Notes under the pieces: generated by a model | Seen by the model: only the letters and a program-made list of their open reading frames with translations | Databases searched by the model: none | What the model was told of the DNA's origin: nothing | Program-made: the position numbers and the translations under genes | Assembly (NCBI GenBank): GCA_021846765.1 | Contig: JAJZWH010000001.1 | Span: 1 to 44,574, forward strand | Origin: a bacterium | GTDB lineage: Bacteria; Patescibacteriota; Saccharimonadia; Saccharimonadales; UBA4665 | Direction: 5' to 3' | DNA length: 44,574 nt | Shown: piece after piece, positions 35,703-44,574 of the stretch | How positions within the stretch are numbered: position 1 is the first letter of the stretch | Layout of the letters: each line of letters opens with the position of its first letter

Positions 35703-36093
35703 TTACAGTAGTTTTGGCAATGGTACTTTTCTAGGCTGTTCAGATAAAAGCGAATATCCTGTTGTATATCAAGAAGTTCAGTCGTTACTAAATGCTACAC
35801 CAACTACAGGCTCCGGATCTCCGCAGCCAACTACCAAACCACAACTAGTTTTCCCCGCTCCTTTCATTGGAAATAGTCAGACTAATGGTTATAAATATGC
35901 CTACATGGGTTACGGTGCCGCTGAGGGATACTTTTATAAAGAAGGCAATATCTGGTACTATCTTGGCTCTGGTCAGTTCGGTTTAAATTGTACTCATTTA
36001 AGCTCCAACACAAGCACTAATATTCAAGCCATGATTGCTTTTCAAGGTCAACCATGCACGACTAATAACGGCAATAGCTCAACTGTACAGTAA
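35689..36093 (+). pseudogene. Continuation of the 35043 gene in the +1 frame (frameshifted C-terminal part)
   Basis: The frame of the 62-aa ORF (35905-36093) stays open for 72 codons upstream, to 35689, with no ATG/GTG/TTG. It overlaps the end of the upstream ORF by about 12 nt. Confidence 0.45.
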
Positions 36094-36267
36094 AATTTAC
36101 AGATAAAATAATTTAATTATTAACAGTCCTATACACTCCAAAAGAGTTCCATTAAAAACAAGAGATTGGCATATTTCAAGCAAGAACCTACTACTCCTAC
36201 TTCGGTATCAAGTTATCTGCCTAAGTTCAAGCTGTTTAGCATAATCAACTACCATCATCTTTTTACT

Positions 36268-38403
36268 CTAGTAAAAATCGTGGAGTTTTAATTTATCTCG
36301 TAAAATAATTAACGGCTTTGGTAGCCACCAATTATATTTACCTAGTAATTTCATACTGGCCGGAACCAAAACTAAACGAACAACAAATACATCAACCAAT
36401 ACCGCCACTATCAAACCAATAGACACTTCTTTCATACTTACAACTTCCCCACTAGCAAATGAACCAATAACCACTAACAACAAAATTGCTGCAGTGGTAA
36501 TAATTTTGCCAGTTTTTTGTACGCCCCAAGTAATTGCTTGAGTCATATCTTCGTGCTGAGAAAAGTTTTCTCTTATTCGGCTAAACAGAAAAGTTGCATA
36601 ATCCATAGATAAACCAAAAGCTAGCGAAAATATTATAACCAGCTGAGATGCGTCCAATCCGTTTAATTTAGTAAAACCTAAAATACTAGCCAAATGACCG
36701 TCTTGAAAAATCCATACTAATACGCCAAAAGCCGCCGAAAGAGAAAGTGCAGTTAAGATAATAGTTTTAAGAGGTATAACAATACTTCCAAGAAGCATAT
36801 AGAGCAAAATCATCATCGATACAATTACTATAATCCCAACATATATTCCATCGTGTTCAATTAAGGTAATCTGATCAAGTAAATCGGCACTATTACCACC
36901 AACCATAGCTCTAATGCCTTTTACATTAATACTTCGAATAGTTTTAACTAAATTTTCATTTTGTGAAGACTGATTATTTTTAGGAATAACTTCTAAAAAT
37001 AAATAACCAGAATTTTCTCTAACCTCCCCTAAACCTTTAACCCCATTTAAGGATATTATTTTATTAATATAAGCCATTGCAGAAATTCGATTATTAATTT
37101 CTTTTAACGGAATCACTAAGTTTAGAGGCGATAAATTACTATATTTAAAATTCTTGGATAGCGAGTTAGCAACAACTCTAGCAGATGAATTTTTTGGCAA
37201 TACATTGTAATTAGAGGACGTAAACTGAACATGCAAAAAAGGCAATCCAGCAAGCAGCAATAAAGCCAGAGTAATAACAATTGTCAATAAAGGATACTTG
37301 ATAACTTTATCAACAATCAATTTCCATATATTTCCTTTTTTACTTTCTTGCATACGATAACGTTTGGGTATTATATTGGAAACCTGCAATGCGTTGACTT
37401 TTGGTCCGAGTAAAGCCAAAATAGCCGGTAAAAATAACAACGAGCCGATAACCGCAATTAAAACTGCCGCAGCCCCACCAATACCCATGCTTCGTATATA
37501 GCCAATCGGAAACAAGATTAACCCAGATACAGCAATCATAACAGTCAAGCCGCTAAAAATAACTGTTCTTCCAGCAGTAGCCATAGTTCGGCAAAGGGCC
37601 AATTCTTGATTATTAACATGAAGCTTTAATTCTTCGCGATAACGATTAACTATAAACAAGCTATAATCTATACCCAAACCAAGGCCGAGTAGTCCTACTA
37701 TATCTAAAACATAGACTGACACAGGTATGGCGATAGTTACTAATCTGCTAATTACTAAAGCGCCAATCACACCATATAATCCCAATCCTAAGGGTAGCGA
37801 TGCAGCAACTAGGCTACCAAAAATTAATATCAATAATAGAGCGACTATCGGAAAACTATATTTTTCCGCTATAGCTAAATCTTTTTGAATATACCTACTT
37901 AATTGATTATCGGTTACTGCACTACCTCCCAAACTAACAGACAATGTCTTACTCTTAATTAAAGATTGAATCTGGGTAATGTCATTGGCTTGTTGATCTA
38001 TATTTCCCCTTAAGCCTACTAAAGCATAGGTTAAATGTGGGTTATTAGAAACGAACTGTTCACCACCTTTTGCATAAAAAGAATTTGTCCCTGTTACTAT
38101 CGGTAAACTAGCAATTTTAGCAATAATCCTCTCGGCTGCCTGCTTATATGCCGACTGAGTATAAACTAGTTTTTTAGATGAAAATAGCAGTATTAATGAA
38201 TCCTGATTACCGCCAAAATCTTTATTAACAATTATATCTGCTCTTTGAGACTGAGAGTTGGGAACATTAAATCCATTATCTACTAAATCATTAAAAATAC
38301 CCGAAGCATAAACTGCTCCTCCAGCCATACATAATATTCCGAAAATAAAAAACCATAATCGAAAACGATAAATTAATTTACCAAAATTAATAAGCATAGG
38401 CAC
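36268..38403 (-). CDS. MMPL-family (RND superfamily) membrane transporter
   Basis: 711 aa with a 2 x (1+5 TM) architecture, two extracytoplasmic loops, and GLGIDYSLF / GLSMDYATFL motifs. Confidence 0.85.
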   Translation of the reverse strand: MPMLINFGKLIYRFRLWFFIFGILCMAGGAVYASGIFNDLVDNGFNVPNSQSQRADIIVNKDFGGNQDSLILLFSSKKLVYTQSAYKQAAERIIAKIASLPIVTGTNSFYAKGGEQFVSNNPHLTYALVGLRGNIDQQANDITQIQSLIKSKTLSVSLGGSAVTDNQLSRYIQKDLAIAEKYSFPIVALLLILIFGSLVAASLPLGLGLYGVIGALVISRLVTIAIPVSVYVLDIVGLLGLGLGIDYSLFIVNRYREELKLHVNNQELALCRTMATAGRTVIFSGLTVMIAVSGLILFPIGYIRSMGIGGAAAVLIAVIGSLLFLPAILALLGPKVNALQVSNIIPKRYRMQESKKGNIWKLIVDKVIKYPLLTIVITLALLLLAGLPFLHVQFTSSNYNVLPKNSSARVVANSLSKNFKYSNLSPLNLVIPLKEINNRISAMAYINKIISLNGVKGLGEVRENSGYLFLEVIPKNNQSSQNENLVKTIRSINVKGIRAMVGGNSADLLDQITLIEHDGIYVGIIVIVSMMILLYMLLGSIVIPLKTIILTALSLSAAFGVLVWIFQDGHLASILGFTKLNGLDASQLVIIFSLAFGLSMDYATFLFSRIRENFSQHEDMTQAITWGVQKTGKIITTAAILLLVVIGSFASGEVVSMKEVSIGLIVAVLVDVFVVRLVLVPASMKLLGKYNWWLPKPLIILRDKLKLHDFY

Positions 38404-38600
38404 AGTTTATGTCTTAATAATCAAAAGGTATACCAAAATTTGAACAATATATAAAAGTATATATGTAGTGTAAGTTTTTTGACAATAAAGCCTTATTATA
38501 ATAAAAGTAATTATTTTTACTTACATAGTCTATATATAAGCTTATTATTGAGCTAACGATAAATTAAGTACCCAAAAAGAAAATAAGGAGGCCAAAAATC

Positions 38601-38987
38601 ATGAGTAAATTATTATTGCTATTATCATTTATGAGCTTAGTAATACTAGCTATTGGTACGACTTTTTTTGCCAATTATCCAATTTTCCAACTAGCCAGTA
38701 GCAGTAGCTTTTACGAACACATCAGAGAAATACTTGCATCAATATTATTTTTACAATTAATTACGCATCCGCCACGTCATTTAGTTTTTCGCATATTATC
38801 AGGATTAGTGGCGATTAGCATAGGTGGTTGGGCAATTGCCGTAACCTACGCTAGCATGATGCCATTATTGGATACTTTATCACTCTTGGCATCAGCTGCA
38901 GCAATTGGTGTTACGGCTCTTGAAGTCAATCCAGAATCGGCAAAAAGAAACCGTCCCGAAAAATCAACCAGCCCACTAATAGCTTAA
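38601..38987 (+). CDS. Small polytopic membrane protein, unknown function
   Basis: Strong RBS AAGGAGG 8 nt upstream and about 4 TM helices. Confidence 0.6.
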   Translation: MSKLLLLLSFMSLVILAIGTTFFANYPIFQLASSSSFYEHIREILASILFLQLITHPPRHLVFRILSGLVAISIGGWAIAVTYASMMPLLDTLSLLASAAAIGVTALEVNPESAKRNRPEKSTSPLIA

Positions 38988-39010
38988 AATTTACTTCGAA
39001 GGAGTACTAT

Positions 39011-39373
39011 ATGCAACCAAACAATCAATACACCGACCAGGCGCCTCAGAAAACAAACAATAATCAAAACCGTCAACCTACTTTGGTTATATTAGCTCAT
39101 TTAGTTTGGATAATTGGAGTGGTGATAGCTATTATATTAGCAATACGGTTTTTATTGATTCTGTTCGCTGCCAATTCTGCCAATGGATTTGTCAATTTTA
39201 TCTATACCATTAGCTATCCGTTGGCTAGGCCTTTCTTTGGAATATTTAATTATCAGATACATTACGGAGTTTCAAGAGTAGAATTTGCTAGTTTAGTAGG
39301 CATAGCGATCTATTCAATCGTTGCTTACTTAATTGCAAAAATACTAACCATTAACCATCCTCAAACTATTTAG
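39011..39373 (+). CDS. YggT-like membrane protein
   Basis: RBS GAAGGAG. IRFLLILF...FIYTISYPLARPFFGIF resembles the YggT repeat (from memory). Confidence 0.5.
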   Translation: MQPNNQYTDQAPQKTNNNQNRQPTLVILAHLVWIIGVVIAIILAIRFLLILFAANSANGFVNFIYTISYPLARPFFGIFNYQIHYGVSRVEFASLVGIAIYSIVAYLIAKILTINHPQTI

Positions 39374-39881
39374 AATGTTTTTTAGATCCTTTTCGTTTGT
39401 TGTATACCAATAACCAAAAAAAGACAATTGCCACTAAAGAGCCAAAGCCAACAATAGATGACTGGTATCTAATCAACTTTAACCAATAGGAGTTATTCAT
39501 TATAGATAGCATAATATTAGTAGGTAATAGTGGCACAATTAATATTGGAGCAAATAAACTTACAGCTAAAGATGGTATGACATTTAATAACCGATAGTGT
39601 TTAGCCACAGATCTGAATTGCAATATTATACTCAAAACCGCTGGTCCTAAAAGCAGTAATAAATTAACGGTTACGGCAGAGGGACTCAAATGCACCGGGA
39701 AAGCATAATGATGCTTGGCTAAATTGGCAGCTATGCTATTAGAATTACGCGATTCAAATGACAATAATACATATCCTAGGCACAAACTTAAAAATACCAA
39801 TGATGCGTTAATTCTAAGTAGATAAAAACCTGCTAAAGGAATTAAGAATATTACTAGTAACCATAGTAAACCGATTGACAT
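39366..39881 (-). CDS. Polytopic membrane protein, unknown function
   Basis: 171 aa, about 5 TM helices, basic C-terminus. Confidence 0.55.
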   Translation of the reverse strand: MSIGLLWLLVIFLIPLAGFYLLRINASLVFLSLCLGYVLLSFESRNSNSIAANLAKHHYAFPVHLSPSAVTVNLLLLLGPAVLSIILQFRSVAKHYRLLNVIPSLAVSLFAPILIVPLLPTNIMLSIMNNSYWLKLIRYQSSIVGFGSLVAIVFFWLLVYNKRKGSKKHSK

Positions 39882-39933
39882 ATGCGATTATAGACCCATT
39901 AAGTACTATAGCATGAGCACCTTAAATAAAGTC

Positions 39934-40836
39934 CTAAGCGCCTACTTTATCTTTTCGACGACCAGTTTTTGCTGAATGCTCAGTATACTCAATAATATTG
40001 GCTGCAACATTGCGACCAGTAACTTTTTCAATCCCGAAACCGGGAGAAGCGTTAACTTCTAAGACAAGAGGTCCTCTGTCTGATCTGAGCATATCTACAC
40101 CAGCTATAGTTAAGCCCATAGCTTTAGCTGCTTTCTGAGCTGTACGTCGTTCTATATCAGACAACTTAACAATTGTTCCTTGTCCTCCTTGGTGTAAATT
40201 AGAACGGAAATCATCATCTAGGCTTTTCCTCATCATACTAGCAACGACTTTACCGTTAACAACAAAAGCTCGAATATCTGAACCTTTACTTTCAGAAATA
40301 TATTCTTGGACTAAAAAATTTACATTTTCTACATTAAATGCTTGCATAACCGCTAAGGCTGCTTTTCTAGTTTCGGCTAAAACAACTCCTGTACCATGAG
40401 TTCCTCGGGCAACCTTAATAATAGCTGGCGCTCCTCCAACCTGTTCTAAAACGCCCTCATAATCTGCAGTCTCTCGTGCAAAAACAGTCTTCGGAATACC
40501 GACACCAGACTTAGCTAATAATTGCATGCTCCTTAGTTTGTCTCTAGCCCTAACGATAGCAATAGAACTAGTAGTAGTAAAAACATTTTGCATTTCAAAC
40601 TGACGAACTATAGAAGTTCCATACTTAGTTAGATTAGCTGAAATTCTAGGAATAATTGCATCGATATCACTAATTATCTCTCCTTTGTAATTAACTATTG
40701 GATTGTTCTGTTCCAGGGTAACGAAACATTTTGCATAATTAATTACCCGAACTTGATGACCGCGCAACTTTGCTTCTTCAACCAAACGCATCGTAGAATA
40801 GTTTTTGCTTCCTTTAGATAAAATAGCTATATTCAT
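39934..40836 (-). CDS. rimK: RimK-family ATP-grasp ligase (alpha-L-glutamate ligase)
   Basis: Length and motifs are typical of RimK (IIKVARGTHGTGV, NLHQGG, VAGVDMLRS..GPLVLEVNASPG). Confidence 0.85.
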   Translation of the reverse strand: MNIAILSKGSKNYSTMRLVEEAKLRGHQVRVINYAKCFVTLEQNNPIVNYKGEIISDIDAIIPRISANLTKYGTSIVRQFEMQNVFTTTSSIAIVRARDKLRSMQLLAKSGVGIPKTVFARETADYEGVLEQVGGAPAIIKVARGTHGTGVVLAETRKAALAVMQAFNVENVNFLVQEYISESKGSDIRAFVVNGKVVASMMRKSLDDDFRSNLHQGGQGTIVKLSDIERRTAQKAAKAMGLTIAGVDMLRSDRGPLVLEVNASPGFGIEKVTGRNVAANIIEYTEHSAKTGRRKDKVGA

Positions 40837-40868
40837 TATTAAACCTACTTTCTTTCTATTGACGATAA

Positions 40869-42188
40869 CTAATTAGCCAAACGTTGACTTAAGTATTTAG
40901 CAATCGCAATCTGCTTCTCTTCTATAAACGCCCCAGTATAAATCTGGGGAGATTGATTAACTTCAAGACAATACCATAATTTTGTTATTTTGTCTTGTAC
41001 AATATCCACTCCAGCTATTTGTAATTTAAATAATTTAGCAGCTGCAATAGAAATATTAATTAAAAATGAAGGCAGTTCATTGACATCAACTATCTCTGGT
41101 GTACCTCCTTGAGCAACATTATTTAAATGATTATTTTGATTACTTCTAGTCCGCTTAATAACCAAAACAACCTGACCTCCCAAAACAAGAAAACGATAGT
41201 CATGATCGTTATTAATATATTCTTGGGCTAAAAGCCAAATTCCTAAATCTTGAGCTTGCCTAATAATCATGTCAAATTGACTTTTACTATCCACTAAATA
41301 ATTATTTTGACCTTTAAATCCCTGAGTATCCTTTAAAACAAAAGGTATGCCCAGTTCAGCTACTATTTTTTCATAAGCTAAACTAAGTCTAGCTAAATTC
41401 ATAAAGATGGTCTTAGGAATATTAATTGAATTATCACTTAAAGTTATGTATTGATATATTTTAGCCGGATCAGGGCATTGATTAACGGCACGATCTATAT
41501 AATCTATGTTTCTATTGGCTAGATATTGAGCAATGGTAGCCGATACATAAGAATGACCATACACTCCACTGGTAATAAAATAGCCTAGTCCATAATCAGC
41601 AATATCTTGATTGTTAGAACTTATTAAAATTTTATTAGTTTGATTACCGCTATAAAAAATTAACTCTTCATAAGAGACGATATCAGCATTCAGATCTTCA
41701 TTTTGAATAAATTTAACAAAATTAGTATTCGCCAAGCTCTTTTGGGAAACAAATAAAATAATCTTTTGATTTCCTAATAAATTATTTCTTTTAGAGACAT
41801 CGATTAAAAACTTTCCTTTTAATGTCCGTCTACCAATCAGTAAGGGAAACCTATTGTTGGCTCTATTAGCTAAAGTTACTTTGGATTTAATAATTTTATC
41901 GGCCATCTTGATACGAATATCTACCTTATATCTGACTTCCTTTTGACCAAAAGAGTTTTTAACTGTAACTAATGAATACTTTCTAGTTTTAATTGGATCG
42001 CCTGTAAAATTAGGTGAAGATGGTCCGAATAGAGTATAGGAAAGTTGACCATCTTTTTCGCTTATATTACTGGCCCAGATAGCAGAACTGTCGGCTCCAC
42101 TATCAATTTTAGCCAATATATTGTCTAGGCCGTAATCTGGCAAGCTAATCATTTCTGTTGTACCAATATTAGCAAGTGATTTATGCAT
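40869..42188 (-). CDS. Fusion of a RimB-like retropepsin-fold domain (DUF785, putative ATP-dependent zinc protease) with a second RimK-like ATP-grasp domain
   Basis: N-terminus: AKIDSGADSSAIWA...FPLLIGRRTLKGKFLIDVS. C-terminus: NNVAQGG...IAGVDIV...YCLEVNQSPQ. Confidence 0.75.
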   Translation of the reverse strand: MHKSLANIGTTEMISLPDYGLDNILAKIDSGADSSAIWASNISEKDGQLSYTLFGPSSPNFTGDPIKTRKYSLVTVKNSFGQKEVRYKVDIRIKMADKIIKSKVTLANRANNRFPLLIGRRTLKGKFLIDVSKRNNLLGNQKIILFVSQKSLANTNFVKFIQNEDLNADIVSYEELIFYSGNQTNKILISSNNQDIADYGLGYFITSGVYGHSYVSATIAQYLANRNIDYIDRAVNQCPDPAKIYQYITLSDNSINIPKTIFMNLARLSLAYEKIVAELGIPFVLKDTQGFKGQNNYLVDSKSQFDMIIRQAQDLGIWLLAQEYINNDHDYRFLVLGGQVVLVIKRTRSNQNNHLNNVAQGGTPEIVDVNELPSFLINISIAAAKLFKLQIAGVDIVQDKITKLWYCLEVNQSPQIYTGAFIEEKQIAIAKYLSQRLAN

Positions 42189-42216
42189 AATTTATTTACA
42201 GATCAAGCTATTATAT

Positions 42217-42342
42217 TTATTTAGATACATGATGAACTCTTAAGTAGGCAATATAGATAACCAATACGACTACAACAATAATTATAATCAGCAACGGAAT
42301 GAAACCATGTTGATCATATTTAATATTGGCTATTTTCTTCAT
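42217..42342 (-). CDS. Possible 41-aa single-TM micro-protein (MKKIANIKYDQHGFIPLLIIIIVVVVLVIYIAYLRVHHVSK)
   Basis: Found by hand translation because it is below the ORF-track cutoff. Sits in the 190-nt gap between dnaJ and the ATP-grasp fusion, on the same strand. Confidence 0.35.
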   Translation of the reverse strand: MKKIANIKYDQHGFIPLLIIIIVVVVLVIYIAYLRVHHVSK

Positions 42343-42382
42343 CTAAATTCTGTTAATAATACCTATCTAAAGTTTAGCAAGT

Positions 42383-43516
42383 CTATCGCCAAAAACCATG
42401 CTTATTCTTGCTGTTGTCTAAACTAGCGAAATTCTTCAGTAAGTCTTGTTGTTCTTTAGTTAAGTGACTAGGCGTATCAACGATTATAGTCACAATGTGA
42501 GCTCCACGACTAGCACCCCTTAAATGAGGCACTCCGTGTCCAGATAATTTAAAATCACTATGACTTTGGGTACCAGATGGTATTTTCATTCTAACAGGCC
42601 CATCGACTGTATCTACTTCTATCTCTCCACCTAGAGCAGCAGTAACCATATCCACATGTTCATCGCTTAAAATCAAATCACCCTCTCGAGTAAATTTATT
42701 ATCTGGTTTAACTCGAATATTAACATAAAGATCACCTTTACTTCCTCCGGCGACAGCCTGTCCGTGTTCGCGTAATCTAATAGTAGCTCCATCGTCAACT
42801 CCAGCCGGTATTTTAAGATTTATTTTCTGCTTTTTTACTTGCGTACCCTTGCCATGACAAACGGTACATACTTTCTCAGGAATTTTACCTTTACCATGAC
42901 AAACTGAACAAATACTCGCTTGTTGAATATTTCCAAAAACAGTCCTGGTAATATTTACCACTTGGCCACTGCCTCCACAATTGTCACATTTTTTTAAATC
43001 ATATCCGGGCTCAGCAGTCGATCCATGGCAATGCTCACAAATATCTTCTAAAGATAAGCTAAGTTCAACATCTGTACCAAAAACAGCTTGATTAAAATCA
43101 ATTTCCACTCTAGTCTCGACATCGTGACCTCTATTGGATTGCTGAGCATGCCTATTATTACCGCTGGTTCCTCCGCCAAAAAAACTTGAGAAAATATCAC
43201 CTAAACCTAAGTCTCCAAAATCAAAATTAATATTCTGTCCGGCACCAAAACCTTCAAAACCACCAAAACCCCCACCACTAGAACCTCCACCAAAACCCCC
43301 TCCACCAACTCCAGCATGACCAAATTGATCATAGCGTTGACGCTTAGCTGGATCTTTTAAAACTTCATAAGCTTCGTTGACTTCTTTGAATTTAGCTTCA
43401 TCACCTCCCCGGTCTGGATGGGACTCAATAGCCGCTCGTCTAAAAGCTTTCTTGATCTCGTCGGCAGAAGCATTTTTATTTACCCCTAGTATTTCATAGT
43501 AATCGCGTTGAGCCAT
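42383..43516 (-). CDS. dnaJ: Chaperone DnaJ
   Basis: J domain with HPD, a G/F region, and four CxxCxGxG repeats. Confidence 0.95.
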   Translation of the reverse strand: MAQRDYYEILGVNKNASADEIKKAFRRAAIESHPDRGGDEAKFKEVNEAYEVLKDPAKRQRYDQFGHAGVGGGGFGGGSSGGGFGGFEGFGAGQNINFDFGDLGLGDIFSSFFGGGTSGNNRHAQQSNRGHDVETRVEIDFNQAVFGTDVELSLSLEDICEHCHGSTAEPGYDLKKCDNCGGSGQVVNITRTVFGNIQQASICSVCHGKGKIPEKVCTVCHGKGTQVKKQKINLKIPAGVDDGATIRLREHGQAVAGGSKGDLYVNIRVKPDNKFTREGDLILSDEHVDMVTAALGGEIEVDTVDGPVRMKIPSGTQSHSDFKLSGHGVPHLRGASRGAHIVTIIVDTPSHLTKEQQDLLKNFASLDNSKNKHGFWR

Positions 43517-43598
43517 TTATCCCTAACCTATTTTAAGAGTTGTTTAATTGTATCACTCTTAAGCTTTAATTTACTATTTAAACCCATTAAGCTTTTTA

Positions 43599-44574
<976 letters not shown>

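Overview
This is an AT-rich, densely coded bacterial window. By eye G+C is in the mid-to-upper 30s percent; I did not compute it. The gene content fits a reduced-genome monoderm of the CPR/Patescibacteria (Saccharibacteria-like) type. That placement is an inference from content, not a search result.

Ordinary blocks:
- An HTH-MurA fusion and six tRNAs (Gly-TCC, Arg-TCT, His-GTG, Pro-CGG, Pro-TGG, Lys-TTT).
- A P1B-type ATPase, rny-ymdB, tsaE-tsaB and recA-recX.
- A roughly 9.5 kb type IV pilus locus: pilB, pilC, four prepilins, a large PilX-like protein and pilMNO.
- yebC-ruvC-ruvA-[aldo/keto reductase]-ruvB.
- An MMPL transporter, rimK plus a RimB-like/ATP-grasp fusion, dnaJ and a partial dnaK.

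The most unusual part is an accessory segment at about 28.15-34.6 kb, one gene downstream of tRNA-Lys. It holds unrelated single-gene cassettes: a cytidylate-kinase-like/ITPase operon, an orphan, a transglutaminase-like protein, a Zn-ribbon protein, a decayed HExxH protein, a Nudix hydrolase and a nucleotidyltransferase.

Three repeat modules separate these cassettes:
- Module 1 is a 135-nt unit present three times. It carries an unannotated 42-codon minus-strand mini-gene whose copies differ largely by synonymous changes.
- Module 2 is a roughly 100-nt unit present twice.
- Module 3 is a 26-nt GTTGCAAT...CCT motif present three times.

The module boundaries carry short copies of the tRNA-Lys 3' end, and no integrase is visible. 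I could not assign a function to this repeat/mini-gene system. It is my best candidate for something undescribed.
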